This document shows positions 10,003 through 20,511 of a stretch of DNA of 64,000 nucleotides, in pieces. How positions within the stretch are numbered: position 1 is the stretch's first letter; each line of letters starts with the position of its first letter. The position numbers and the translations under genes are program-made. The DNA comes from Dehalococcoidia bacterium (GTDB taxonomy: Bacteria > Chloroflexota > Dehalococcoidia > Plut-88900). The DNA lies in the NCBI GenBank assembly GCA_965207225.1, contig CBDBLV010000005.1:1440001-1504000 (forward strand), given 5' to 3'. The notes beneath the pieces were generated by a model, which was not told where the DNA came from, did no database searches, and was given only the letters and a program-made list of their open reading frames with translations.

Positions 10003-13000
10003 CTAGGGAGGAAGCATTTTGAGCACGGTCTGTACACAGTAGTCGACGTCATCGCGGACTTGGTGATTCCAAAATCGGACTACACGCCAGCCCAAATTTT
10101 CCAGCCTTGCGTCCCTTTCAGCATCGACTCTGGGATCCAGGTGAGTGGACTCCCCGTCTACCTCAACATCGATGCGCACTTCACCGCTGACTATTGCGAG
10201 ATCAAGCCTGTATTGGTTGACAGGGTGCTGAGGCAACGGGTTCAGGCCCTCGGCAACCAGTGCGTCATATAGGGGCCTTTCCCATGGGCCGATGTGTTCT
10301 TCCGAAGCCATAGTCGTTTCATATGGATTCGATCTCGACATCTCAACTTCCGCACAGTAAGTTGCGAAATTCCGTATGTACGGTATCCCGGAGTGGATGC
10401 AAGCATCTTTATTCCCGACTACGTGCAGCAAGGAGCGGGCCCGGGTTAGTGTAACGTTGAAGAGATTGGAAGTGTTCTTCAAGAAATTCCTGGAGCTTTC
10501 CCGCAGATCATCAGATACGCAGGGAGAAAAGAACACTACGTCTCTCTCGTCACCCTGGAAGCCATGCGCGGTATCCACTATCAGCTGTGCCCGATTGAAT
10601 AGGTCAGGCGACACACGCTGGGAGATGCGCTCGAGGATGATATTGGCTTGAGGACGGAAAGGAGTTACGACTCCGACCGTTCCGTCAAACCGCTGGTCCA
10701 CCAGAAGACTTTCCACCTGGTTTACGACCTCTTCGGCTTCCGCCATGACATACACGCTGCCATCTCTCGGCCTCGTGGCACGGCCGCTTACCTCTGTCCA
10801 CCGCACTCCATATCTCCCGTCGGGCGGGGGCTTGAGCTTCCGATAATCGATCCAAACCCTCAACGAGTTCTGATACCACTGGCGGTTCGAAAAGCTGGTG
10901 ATGTCGGCATGCGAGCGGTAATGGTCCTGCAGCTGAATGGGAGCTCTCAGAGTTGTGGCCAAATCATAGAGCGAGTTTTGACTGAACGCGAATATCTGAG
11001 AATCGGCGTCCAACTGGCATTTGGCCTGCAGATGCTGGTCTCTATGCCGTTCTATCTTGGCTATATGTCGCAACTGGTTGGCGTCACCTATGATCACGGC
11101 ACGCCTGGAGCGATAAAGGAGAGGTAGGGCGGAGGGAATATCGCATTGGCTTGCCTCGTCAATGATGAGGAGGTCGAACATGCATGGCTCAAGGTCAAGG
11201 CTGCTCCTTACCGACAAATTCGTCACGCACCAAGCAGGGATTTGGCGGGAAACATCATGAAACAAGCGGGCCATCTCTCGTCTGAGCCTGGCATATTCCC
11301 TTCCCCCCAAAAGGTCTCCCGCTAACCGTTCCTGGAGTGCTCTGAAATTGCCAATTGCCTGCCGATCAGCCGGACTCATTCGACTTGGAGAGAGTCGAGC
11401 GAACAGATCAATGAGCTTTGCGCCCGAGTCCGCGACCTCATCCTCGACTCTTCGCAGCTGCCGAGCAACTTCGTCCCTGGTCCTTAATGCGCGCAGTGCT
11501 GTAAGGCCGTCCCTATAGTTTGCGATGGCATCTAGCGCGGCCGCTCTTGACAGGGACTTCCTCGTCCAAGTCTGCCACGACTCAAAGGATTGGTCGGGGG
11601 TTGGAGACGGCCCAAGCACAGAGCACCCCTGGATCAACCGAGAAGCTATCGCCCTGATTCGATTACGGTCTCTGGAAGCAGCAATCCGAAGCATTAGCCT
11701 GCGAAGGAGGCCAACCTGCTGTTCCGTGTGCTTACCGACTAGCGTTTCTATTGCTTCCAGTAAACCCGGGTGCGGCCGTCCATGGGCCTTTTGCAATTGC
11801 TCCCATTCATGGGGAGTGTATTCCGCCATGAAGCGTTGCTGGGTGTCATATGAAGAGCTGACCCTGGAATTGGCCAGTCGGATTTCCTGCAATTCGGACC
11901 ACAGCTTTCTTTGCTGCTCCTGGGACAGTCTATATTGCGCCCTTAAGTCCTTATGTTCTTGGTGGTCAGCATTCGAGGGATTAAACGCCAACATCGATGC
12001 CAGCCGATTCGAAAGTTCATGGCGCAGATTCCTGGTCCCAGCCCTATTGCCCGTTCTTACCATTATGGGATTGGTCGAGAGAGATGACATTCGGTGCTCG
12101 ACAACGTCAACGGCCTTGTTATTCCTGCTCGTGAACAGAACGCTCTCGCCGCGCATATATGCATCGGCAATCATGGAGACAACGATCTGGGATTTGCCCG
12201 TCCCGGGCGGCCCGGTAACAACAGTCAGTGGGGAACGCATAGCCTTTCTCACAGCGTCGCGCTGTTCCTCGTTTAGTGGTACCACTTCAATGGGAACGCG
12301 CTCTTCCCCATCATTAGCCTTCCCCTCACCCATCAATGTTCCGAATGCGGTGCTCTCCCATCCGGGAGAGTTGCGGTCAACCATCTCAGTGAGATCGCGG
12401 ATCAGGCCCCTGGTGTAAGTTGGCTGTTTCGTCGCGAATAGCGCAGCGCAGTTATAGATCCCCGGCCGGTCGAAACCACTTCGGGCAGACATTGAAGATA
12501 GTTCTTGGGGATTAATCTGTTCGCGCAGGTTCTCAAGATAGCCCATCCCATCCATGCGGTTAAGCAATTCAACTATGAGCGTGATAGGGAGATCATTCGT
12601 GACATCAAGCAGGTCCAGTGAATCAAGTATCTGCCACCGCTCTTCCGCTGTGCGCGCCAAACGGCTCAGGTATTCTGGATTCAGCTCAGGCCACTCCGGG
12701 GTAACCTGGAGCCAAATTTCCTGGCCGTTTAGCTCATACTCCAGAGGCCAGGAGAACAGCGGGATGACTTGGCCGGAATCAACATCCATGTACGTGGGAT
12801 ACCCATACAGGAGAGAGCCGGTCGAGGGAGCATTTGACAACTCATAAGCGAATCCGGATTGGTCTTTTCCTATGCTGATCCGCAGATCAGCGTTATCCAG
12901 GCATGACAAGTCCGACGAAAATGGCCAAGGAATGAACTTCTTGCCGGCCTCATTCAAAGATGGGCCTATGGACTGACCCTCGTCTCGCCTTACACACTCG

Positions 13001-13074
13001 ATGTAATAGCGCAACAAGTTCTTGACGCGGACGGGTAAGGGAGGATTCACGGTTCTCGAATATCTAGAGGTCAC
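10003..13074 (-). CDS. SF1 (DNA2/NAM7, Upf1-like) helicase with C-terminal DUF559/Vsr-like endonuclease
   Basis: GPPGTGKS, SRNNKAVD, IIDEASQ, GDANQL, HYRSH, GVVTPFRPQ, DTAHGFQGDERD, NVTLTRAR; C-terminal YRLDLAI..VEVDGESTH..ERDARLENLGWRVVRFWN. Confidence 0.9.
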   Translation of the reverse strand: MTSRYSRTVNPPLPVRVKNLLRYYIECVRRDEGQSIGPSLNEAGKKFIPWPFSSDLSCLDNADLRISIGKDQSGFAYELSNAPSTGSLLYGYPTYMDVDSGQVIPLFSWPLEYELNGQEIWLQVTPEWPELNPEYLSRLARTAEERWQILDSLDLLDVTNDLPITLIVELLNRMDGMGYLENLREQINPQELSSMSARSGFDRPGIYNCAALFATKQPTYTRGLIRDLTEMVDRNSPGWESTAFGTLMGEGKANDGEERVPIEVVPLNEEQRDAVRKAMRSPLTVVTGPPGTGKSQIVVSMIADAYMRGESVLFTSRNNKAVDVVEHRMSSLSTNPIMVRTGNRAGTRNLRHELSNRLASMLAFNPSNADHQEHKDLRAQYRLSQEQQRKLWSELQEIRLANSRVSSSYDTQQRFMAEYTPHEWEQLQKAHGRPHPGLLEAIETLVGKHTEQQVGLLRRLMLRIAASRDRNRIRAIASRLIQGCSVLGPSPTPDQSFESWQTWTRKSLSRAAALDAIANYRDGLTALRALRTRDEVARQLRRVEDEVADSGAKLIDLFARLSPSRMSPADRQAIGNFRALQERLAGDLLGGREYARLRREMARLFHDVSRQIPAWCVTNLSVRSSLDLEPCMFDLLIIDEASQCDIPSALPLLYRSRRAVIIGDANQLRHIAKIERHRDQHLQAKCQLDADSQIFAFSQNSLYDLATTLRAPIQLQDHYRSHADITSFSNRQWYQNSLRVWIDYRKLKPPPDGRYGVRWTEVSGRATRPRDGSVYVMAEAEEVVNQVESLLVDQRFDGTVGVVTPFRPQANIILERISQRVSPDLFNRAQLIVDTAHGFQGDERDVVFFSPCVSDDLRESSRNFLKNTSNLFNVTLTRARSLLHVVGNKDACIHSGIPYIRNFATYCAEVEMSRSNPYETTMASEEHIGPWERPLYDALVAEGLNPLPQHPVNQYRLDLAIVSGEVRIDVEVDGESTHLDPRVDAERDARLENLGWRVVRFWNHQVRDDVDYCVQTVLKMLPP

Positions 13075-13275
13075 TGATAAAGTCCACTTTGAACTATCCT
13101 GCCGGGGCCATTAGATATTGGCCGTGTTCTTCAAGGGCCATGCCTCCCTCTTGGGCCGCCCCATACCGGATTTATTGGCATCCTTTAGGGTATCGGTGGC
13201 ACCGAACACACTTCCGATTCGCGAGTCATGTTGATCTGGGATACTGTTTCCTAAGGTCTGTTCACGTTCAAGCGG

Positions 13276-13680
13276 TTAGAACAAAACTTCGCGGCCAGCC
13301 TCTTGCAACAGTACTTTCATCCTGTCCAACAGGGCCTCCCTCTCGTCCAATATTAGTCTTGTTGCATCCCGTGATCCCTCTCCTGCTTGAATGAAAAGCT
13401 CAAAATCCGCGCCCACACGCTGGACATCCAAGGCCCGCCAATTCAATCGACTCCCCAAGTTGTTCAAGTTGTCGACGTCTCTGTCGCAGCTCGGATGCCA
13501 TTCCCACACGAACAAGGTCTTGTAGACCTCCAAGCGGGCTTCCTGCTCGTAGAACCGCTCTTCCAGTTCGGCGTCACCTGGCGCCCCACACCCTGTGAGA
13601 AGCGCCTTCCCGAAGACGCATACGAGAGGAATTAAGAGTCTTCTTATTTGGTCGCACGCGGGCCAATTGCAGATTGGCAC
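13276..13680 (-). CDS. Hypothetical, possibly lipoprotein
   Basis: Hydrophobic stretch ending in LLTGC (lipobox-like). Confidence 0.45.
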   Translation of the reverse strand: MPICNWPACDQIRRLLIPLVCVFGKALLTGCGAPGDAELEERFYEQEARLEVYKTLFVWEWHPSCDRDVDNLNNLGSRLNWRALDVQRVGADFELFIQAGEGSRDATRLILDEREALLDRMKVLLQEAGREVLF

Positions 13681-13702
13681 GGTTCGTGACTGGCATCCTA
13701 GC

Positions 13703-14125
13703 TCAGTCCTCGTGCCTTTTCAGGTAGGCTTCCCTATCTGCACCTTCCGGAAGCTCTAGGCGTCCCGTCAAACGGAATCCCTCAACGGCAGCTTCTAGCT
13801 CACTCGCCATTGAAGGATTCCCCATTTCGTTCTGCTCCCACACCCAGCAGGTGAGTTGATATGTCGGCTCCACCAGCGCTTCCCAGTCTCCGGGCTTGTA
13901 TTTCTTCACTTGCCAAGAAGAGTACTTGCCACTCCCAAGACGTTCTTGCAACAGATGGACCTTCGCTATGAACTTTCCGCCCGCCTTTATCGACGTCCAA
14001 CCTCTCGTTTCGTGCATTTGCACGAATAGGCCCAACTCATTGCACCATCCCCGTAATTCAAAAGGCATAAGCCTCTTGAGAGAGCCAATGCCTAGCAGCA
14101 TGCCTATAGTGTCTTGTGAGACCAT
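13703..14125 (-). CDS. Hypothetical protein
   Basis: 140-aa ORF with a GAGG RBS upstream of the ATG. Confidence 0.55.
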   Translation of the reverse strand: MVSQDTIGMLLGIGSLKRLMPFELRGWCNELGLFVQMHETRGWTSIKAGGKFIAKVHLLQERLGSGKYSSWQVKKYKPGDWEALVEPTYQLTCWVWEQNEMGNPSMASELEAAVEGFRLTGRLELPEGADREAYLKRHED

Positions 14126-14470
14126 TTCTGCCTCAACTTGGAGGGAGTGCCTCCCTTCGCGCTAACCCTTCTGGCTGCCATCATTCTCTATGATGGCCGT
14201 GGTGACTTCTAGTGGCTCCAACGCTGTGAGCATTGTCGGAGACCTGTCGTCGACAGGGCCCGTGTGTCTATCTATGACGTCCATACCGCGGAAGCTATCC
14301 GGAGGGACACCTACTCCTTCGGTTTCGGTGGGTTCCGGATCCTGGAGCTCAGAATATGAGCACACTCTCACTGTGAGCGAAATCTATGTCATTCAGTCTG
14401 GCGGAGGCGATTGTGTCGTCGACGGCACTGAACGTTTTGATCGCATTTCTAGTCTGCCCGTGCACCACAA

Positions 14471-15043
14471 CTAAAGGGGTATCCAACAATTTCCTTCCCA
14501 TTTGAATAACGAGGGATTCTTGGGTCCTTTTGACCACTTTCTTGGATGCTCCAAAAAACACACATATAGGATTCCACCACAGCTACTAGCGACCTTGGAA
14601 AACATGCGCAGGGCTTGTTTCTGGCGTTCACCTTGGTAACTCGAAACGAACAGCTTGTTCTCCGAGCGGCCCATGACGAGCTTACTGAAATCTTTGATGA
14701 CCTCCCTGCTGTTGCCATTGAATTCGGACTCGACTTGCCAGAGGCACTTTTGAATGTATGGCAGTGGCTTCCTTTTGACTATCGACTTGACACATCCAAT
14801 CTGACACACCGATATATCGAACAATAACTCATTCAACTTGAAATCTTTGTTACATCCATTGTTCCTCCAGAACACTCGTTGATCCTCATTGGGATACACT
14901 TCCTGAAAGGCTTCCCCTAAGCAATTAATCCACGCGGTGGCCCTGTCCCCGTGAGTCTGCCCACGAGATTTGTTGGAATGGGCTCCCTGCTTCACTCTCT
15001 CCCAAGACTTTTCTATGAGAGCTTTAGGTTCAAAGGGGGTCAT
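14471..15043 (-). CDS. Hypothetical protein, possible PD-(D/E)XK-like nuclease
   Basis: 190 aa with GAGGAG RBS; pattern ELLFDISV...QVESEF...KDFSKL. Confidence 0.55.
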   Translation of the reverse strand: MTPFEPKALIEKSWERVKQGAHSNKSRGQTHGDRATAWINCLGEAFQEVYPNEDQRVFWRNNGCNKDFKLNELLFDISVCQIGCVKSIVKRKPLPYIQKCLWQVESEFNGNSREVIKDFSKLVMGRSENKLFVSSYQGERQKQALRMFSKVASSCGGILYVCFLEHPRKWSKGPKNPSLFKWEGNCWIPL

Positions 15044-15345
15044 CAGGGTTACTCCTCGTTTTCACAACGATGGTCTATACGCTCATCAAGCCGATAACGG
15101 CCCCAGATCTGGTTCCCGCACTCGCAACAATAGGCCGCACCCTAGCTCTAGGACCCAAGCTAGTCTTCACCACGAAAAGCCCGCATTCAGAGAATCCAGC
15201 CCAGGAGCAAAAACAACCCAATCGAGGGCAAGGGCATCCACTGGTCCTGCGTACTCAGTCCTCCCTGCTCCACAAAATCCGGTATATAGTCCATTCCATA
15301 TGCCATGGTTACGACTTCCCCAAGATAGCGTAGGCCACGCGTGGC

Positions 15346-17745
15346 TCAGGTGGTAGCGTGCGGCTCACCTATCGGCGCTCCTTCCTTTGCCATCCGGTAG
15401 CCAACTCGGGGCTCGGTGAAGATATACCTTGGATTGTTGGCGTCGTCCCCGAGCTTGCGGCGCAGGTTCTTGACGGTAGCGCGTAGCAATTCATTCTCGG
15501 TTGAATACGCCTTTCCCCAGACCCGCTGCAGTATCTGGAGTTGAGTTAGGGTGCGACCAGCATTGGTAGAGAGTTCGGAAAGAAGTTTGTACTCCAACGC
15601 GGACAGATGCACGGGATTGCCGGACAAGGAGACGCTCCGTTGCGCGTAGTCTATACGTAAATCACCCTCGTGATAGAACGGGCCGGAAACCGGCGTATCG
15701 GCTGGTCTTTGCTTCCGAAGGGATGATGCGATTCTGGCCAACAGTTCGGTAGAGGAGAACGGCTTGATCATGTAGTCATCGGCTCCCATCTCAAGGGCCT
15801 TCACGACGTTCTCCTCCTGGTCGTTCGCGGACAGGAAGATGATTGGTGCTTCCGAAACCTCGCGAATTCGTTCCATCAGTTGGAATCCACTGGTACCGGG
15901 CAACATCAGGTCGAGCAGGACAAGGTGGGGTTGTTCAATGTCCAGCAGGTGCATCATCTCCTCTGCGTTGCTGGCTCCAAGAAGCTTGTACCCTTGTTTG
16001 GACAGGATGTTGCGGAGGAGCCAGAGTACCTGTGGCTCGTCATCTACGGCCAGGATTTTCCTCTGTTCGACCTGCGCCGAGACCAATGCTGTACTATTCG
16101 CCTCCAGGGAAACATCGGTGGCCTCCGGAATCGCAAAGGATATCCGAGTGCCGCAGCCCTCTCCATCGCTCTCGGCCCAGATGCGGCCGCCATGCGCTTC
16201 GACTATGCCCCTGCAGATCGCAAGTCCGAGCCCTTCCCCTGCAACCTTCTTCTTCGCTTCCCTGTCATCCAGGCGAGAGAACTTCTTGAACAGCCTGGCC
16301 AGTTGATTGGTAGGTATTCCTCTTCCTTCGTCCGTTACGGATATGACCACGAAAAACCCTTCTCGTGTTCCGGTTATTCTGATCCTAGAGAACTCCGGCG
16401 AATACTTCGATGCATTGGTCAACAGGTTGTCCAAGACCTGGGTGATTCGACGTCCATCCGCTGAGATCATGGGCAGGTTAACATCGAGGTCCATGTCAAC
16501 CGTGTGACGCGCCCCCCTACGCAGAAATGCGGTCTTTGCTTCGCTAACCAGGGATGCCACCTCCGTAGGTTTTGGAGTTACAGATAGGGCCCCAGCCTCT
16601 ATTCGGGTCATATCCAGCAGGTTGTTGACGAGTCCTCGCAGGTGGTCGGACTGTTCATCAATCATCCGGAAGTACTGGAGTAACTCGGAGATGTCCAACG
16701 GCTCGGAGCTACCCAACACTACACCTGTGCATCCCTTGATGGTTGTCAGGGGAGTCCGCAGTTCGTGACTCACCATCGCCAGGAACTCGTTTCGCAGGCG
16801 TTCCATTTCCTCAAGGGGCGTCATGTCTTGGACAACGGCGATAGCCGACACGATTCCCCCTGCGTCAGAATAGATCGGGGTTGCATTGACCAGGGTGGTC
16901 ACCTTCCGTCCGCCTGGGAGATCTACGAGTATCTCTTCGGCTCGCACGACCTCGCCGCGGTCCAGGGCTCTCGCCAGAGGTCGATCGTGGTCCTCATACC
17001 TCTTTCCATCCGTCCTCCGATAGATGGCTACCTGGTGATAGTCAACAAGCGTTGACCCCGGCTCGGGCGACATGCCGAGGATCCGTTCCGCCTCCTGATT
17101 GACCCAGGCGAATGTCCTGGTCGCCGCGTCGACCACCATCACGCCTACCGGCGAGGACTCCACCAGAGCCACCAACCGACGCCTCTCTGTCTCCAGGGCA
17201 TTCCTTGCTTGTTGCTCCTCCTCATGTCGCATGACGTTGCTGATTGCAATGGCAGCCTGGGAAGCAAACATGACCAGGGTCTCTTCGTCTTCTTCCGAGA
17301 ACTCTCCGCCTTCCTTCTCGGTGAGGTATATGTTGCCGACGGGTTTGCCAAGGTGTCGAATAGGGGCGCCCAGGAAAGTCTTCATGGGTGGGTGGTTCTC
17401 CGGGAAGCCGACGGACCGGCAATGTGAAGAGAGATCCCCAAGTCGCAGTGGCTTCTGAATCTCGTTCAAGTAGCCGAGGATTCCCTGGCCCTTGGGCAGA
17501 CTGCCCAGCAGGCGGCGCTGCTCCGGGGTAATGCCTGAGGTGATGAACTTCCGAACGCGCCCGTCCTCATCGAAGACGCCGACTGCACCATAGCGGGCGT
17601 CGGTCAGCGAACGGGCCCCGTCAACGACTTCCTGAAGCACCGTGTCCAGGTCCCAGCTCTCGGTGATGCGGCGGCTGACCCGGCTCAAGGTGGCAAGGCG
17701 CGCCCGCTGCCTTTCAATCTCTCGTGCTGCCGAATCGTCTCTCAT
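15346..17745 (-). CDS. Hybrid GAF-PAS-histidine kinase-REC-OmpR winged-helix regulator (copy 1)
   Basis: SHELRTPL, NLLTNASKYS, DEGRGI, GLGLAIC, VDDE/LLDLMLP/KPF, C-terminal LRRKLGDD..YIFTEPRVGYR. No transmembrane segment seen. Confidence 0.93.
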   Translation of the reverse strand: MRDDSAAREIERQRARLATLSRVSRRITESWDLDTVLQEVVDGARSLTDARYGAVGVFDEDGRVRKFITSGITPEQRRLLGSLPKGQGILGYLNEIQKPLRLGDLSSHCRSVGFPENHPPMKTFLGAPIRHLGKPVGNIYLTEKEGGEFSEEDEETLVMFASQAAIAISNVMRHEEEQQARNALETERRRLVALVESSPVGVMVVDAATRTFAWVNQEAERILGMSPEPGSTLVDYHQVAIYRRTDGKRYEDHDRPLARALDRGEVVRAEEILVDLPGGRKVTTLVNATPIYSDAGGIVSAIAVVQDMTPLEEMERLRNEFLAMVSHELRTPLTTIKGCTGVVLGSSEPLDISELLQYFRMIDEQSDHLRGLVNNLLDMTRIEAGALSVTPKPTEVASLVSEAKTAFLRRGARHTVDMDLDVNLPMISADGRRITQVLDNLLTNASKYSPEFSRIRITGTREGFFVVISVTDEGRGIPTNQLARLFKKFSRLDDREAKKKVAGEGLGLAICRGIVEAHGGRIWAESDGEGCGTRISFAIPEATDVSLEANSTALVSAQVEQRKILAVDDEPQVLWLLRNILSKQGYKLLGASNAEEMMHLLDIEQPHLVLLDLMLPGTSGFQLMERIREVSEAPIIFLSANDQEENVVKALEMGADDYMIKPFSSTELLARIASSLRKQRPADTPVSGPFYHEGDLRIDYAQRSVSLSGNPVHLSALEYKLLSELSTNAGRTLTQLQILQRVWGKAYSTENELLRATVKNLRRKLGDDANNPRYIFTEPRVGYRMAKEGAPIGEPHATT

Positions 17746-17765
17746 AGATGGCCGCCCTATTTCGA

Positions 17766-17889
17766 CTCTATCATACGTTAACGGGACGCCTTGTGAAGAG
17801 CATTCACGGAAATATCCCCAATTTTCACGGATGCTTTCACGAGAATTGGGTTGCTTTTCACGGCTGTTTCACGCGGAAGGTCAATAATG
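17766..17889. promoter_or_regulatory. Bidirectional promoter with five TTCACG direct repeats
   Basis: TTCACG at 17803, 17824, 17836, 17857 and 17868, flanked by -10-like TATGAT (minus strand) and AATAAT (plus strand). Lies between divergent genes. Confidence 0.7.
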
Positions 17890-17952
17890 AGCGATGTCGC
17901 AAGCAACTAAGCGCTTATTCGACAGCGGAAGGGATATTGAAAGGAGCAAGAG

Positions 17953-18756
17953 ATGAAGGCTAGAGGGTTCTTTTCCATTCTTACTGGTGTTGCGATGATC
18001 CTTGCTCTTGGCGTGGTCCTCACAATCCAGCTTGGAGGTCAAGAGGAGGTAAGTGCCGCTACGTTGACGCAACGTGCAGAATCGCAGGCCAACGTGTTGC
18101 TGGATGAGTTAAGGCCAGGGGACGTTTTGCACATTCGGTGGGAACACTACAAGCGGCACGGTCCAAAGGCAGCTTTGATTCAATCATTCCCGGAGGCATT
18201 TCCAGAACGCTTCACTTCTGATCTCTGGATTGAGGCAGGCGAAAACAATACGGGGACTAAGCAGCACACGATAGTTAGGGACTCGGAGGGGGTGATAATT
18301 CAGGAGTCTTTTGTGTTGGACGGCCTCTTTGTCACCCGCTTCCCCCGAATCAGTCAGCAGGAGAGTGAGCCTTCATCTGGCATCACCTCCCCCGCTTTGG
18401 TGCTAAATTCCGCGGGGAAGCTAATCGGTTCCCTGGGCACAAGGCAGTACGCCAACACGGGTAGGTCGCAGTTGGGAGAAACGGATGCCGTGGTGCTTGA
18501 ACTGAGTACGCCATACAGTGAAAGTGATCTGGGGACGGGGAGTTTCCGCATTCCCACGACTTTTGACCTGAATCCGTCCCAGAAGATTCAAAGGGTAGAG
18601 ATAGTAGAGACCAACCCTTTGATCTACCGGTCGACTACGTGGGTAGTGGACGCAAATGGCTCGAAGACCCTCGTTTCAGAGACTAAGGTAACCGAAGTCG
18701 AGGTCCTAAGCGCAAATCAGTTGCCGACCGGGGTATTCAGTCCATACAGCGAATAA
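17953..18756 (+). CDS. Secreted or membrane-anchored hypothetical protein
   Basis: AAGGAG RBS; N-terminal hydrophobic helix; 267 aa. Confidence 0.75.
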   Translation: MKARGFFSILTGVAMILALGVVLTIQLGGQEEVSAATLTQRAESQANVLLDELRPGDVLHIRWEHYKRHGPKAALIQSFPEAFPERFTSDLWIEAGENNTGTKQHTIVRDSEGVIIQESFVLDGLFVTRFPRISQQESEPSSGITSPALVLNSAGKLIGSLGTRQYANTGRSQLGETDAVVLELSTPYSESDLGTGSFRIPTTFDLNPSQKIQRVEIVETNPLIYRSTTWVVDANGSKTLVSETKVTEVEVLSANQLPTGVFSPYSE

Positions 18757-18821
18757 AGGACCAGAAGTGCTTATACAAAGAGTGAAGATAGCTCATCAAA
18801 CCTTGTCCCGGGGGGTGTTCC

Positions 18822-19280
18822 ATGAAAAGCATGACCCTGAAACTACTAACATTGGTTATAGTCGTAGCACTCTCGATTGCGGGCGGTTCGGTTGCCTATG
18901 CTCACAGCAGCCAGACGTCCTCGTCCACTACAGTCAGTGGAGTGAAATTGACCTGGAAGGAAACAATTACCCACGGCGCCGAATGGGGCGGTGTGTCCAC
19001 CACAAAAACCGATGGTACGAATATCGACAACATCACGGCTGCCTCTGAAGGGCGGGAGATTTGCTTTGGCGTCGTCTACCATAACGAGTGGTACCAACAG
19101 AACACACGGTTCAATACCTGGATCGTAACTGCCGGCGGCGGCAACGACATGGAACCCACCTGTCCTCTATTGGATGATCAATTGAAAGTGTTGGGGTATC
19201 ACGCATGGGAGGATGACGATATCCCAGAGACCGAAGAAGTCGACACACATACTCACCCTCATCCAAATATACCGGTGTAG
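18822..19280 (+). CDS. Secreted hypothetical protein
   Basis: Signal peptide ending AYA; 152 aa with two Cys. Confidence 0.7.
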   Translation: MKSMTLKLLTLVIVVALSIAGGSVAYAHSSQTSSSTTVSGVKLTWKETITHGAEWGGVSTTKTDGTNIDNITAASEGREICFGVVYHNEWYQQNTRFNTWIVTAGGGNDMEPTCPLLDDQLKVLGYHAWEDDDIPETEEVDTHTHPHPNIPV

Positions 19281-19492
19281 GCAATTACACGCCCGGTTGT
19301 CCTTTCCTCTGCTCTGTTATCCGCCTGGTCTCTCATAAAGTGGAAAACGGGGTGGATTCCAGAAGGAATTTCCTACCAACTGAACAACTATAGGACTGGC
19401 CCTGTGTGCGCATCCTCTATTTGGGGGTGCACGCAAGGCCAAGCATAGTGCTGACCCACGGCGCAAAATGCGGGCAATAACTGTGAGGTTTT

Positions 19493-20365
19493 ATGGCTAA
19501 CAGTCCCATCGCAAGAGGGCTTTTGTCGGATCGTAGACGATGCCTTTCTGGAGTAGTATTGGTAATCGGCTTGCTGTTGACAGTGGCCTGTTTCCTTGTG
19601 TTTATAGGTCGTGGCGGGTTTACGGGGCGCGGCGAAGTGAGAGTAATGCATGCGAATTGGCATTCCTCGCAGAGACTTGATCTCATCGTCGCCTCTTGCA
19701 ACAGAAACCCGGTAGTATCGCTTTTGCGCGAGACGGATGTCGACGTGCAAGTCAAGGTCAAGGCTGACTCGGATTTCCGGTGGAGTGGGGGGGACTGCGC
19801 AGATATCGTTGAGGTCCGTCTTCAAGAGCCACTAGGAGACAGGGCCATAATTGACAAGCACACAGGGAAATCGGTGAGCATCATAGGCTTGATCCCGCAC
19901 ACTGTTGCAGACGCACAACCCTCGCCGGACTGGAGAGTCGTGGAGGTCCCGGGATGGCCAGATCAAGGAGGATTTACTCTGCAATTGCCTCCCCGGTGGG
20001 AACTGAATGTGATCAAGGAGATTGAATACATCGAATACTACGAAGGCGAAATCGCCGGCGAGGGAGTCCGGCTGGCCTTTGATTTCGGCGGGCGTTCCTG
20101 GAGCCGGTCTCCTTCCGATGATCCAGAGCACACCTACGTCATGGGCTACGAAGACATCGGTGACGTCAGAGCGAGTTTGCTCATTTCCATGGAACCCGGG
20201 GCCGGGTACACCGCTGCCTTCTTCCACAGGTCGGGTGGTCCCCACCTCCACATTGTGGGCGAAGACCTGACGCCGGAGCAGCGGCGAACTGCTGTCTCCA
20301 TATTCAGGAGCATACGCATTCTCGGGCAGGGGACAGGGAGGGAAGATCATGAAGGGCACGAATAA
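19493..20365 (+). CDS. Membrane-anchored hypothetical protein
   Basis: N-terminal TM helix; 290 aa. Confidence 0.7.
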   Translation: MANSPIARGLLSDRRRCLSGVVLVIGLLLTVACFLVFIGRGGFTGRGEVRVMHANWHSSQRLDLIVASCNRNPVVSLLRETDVDVQVKVKADSDFRWSGGDCADIVEVRLQEPLGDRAIIDKHTGKSVSIIGLIPHTVADAQPSPDWRVVEVPGWPDQGGFTLQLPPRWELNVIKEIEYIEYYEGEIAGEGVRLAFDFGGRSWSRSPSDDPEHTYVMGYEDIGDVRASLLISMEPGAGYTAAFFHRSGGPHLHIVGEDLTPEQRRTAVSIFRSIRILGQGTGREDHEGHE

Positions 20366-20511
20366 GCTCAATTTTATGAACACGCCAGAGTCGTCGGATG
20401 GATGTCGGCCTATTGAATGGGACTGGGTTGAATCTGCGTCGCAACCATTAGACGAGCAAGCCAGAGAGAAAAGTCCTGTTTAATGCGATTGGCAAACAGA
20501 AGAACCGAACT

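Noticed and set aside
15346-17745. kdpD/kdpE assignment
   Set aside because: There are no KdpD sensor or TM domains and no kdpABC genes; only the output domains are similar.
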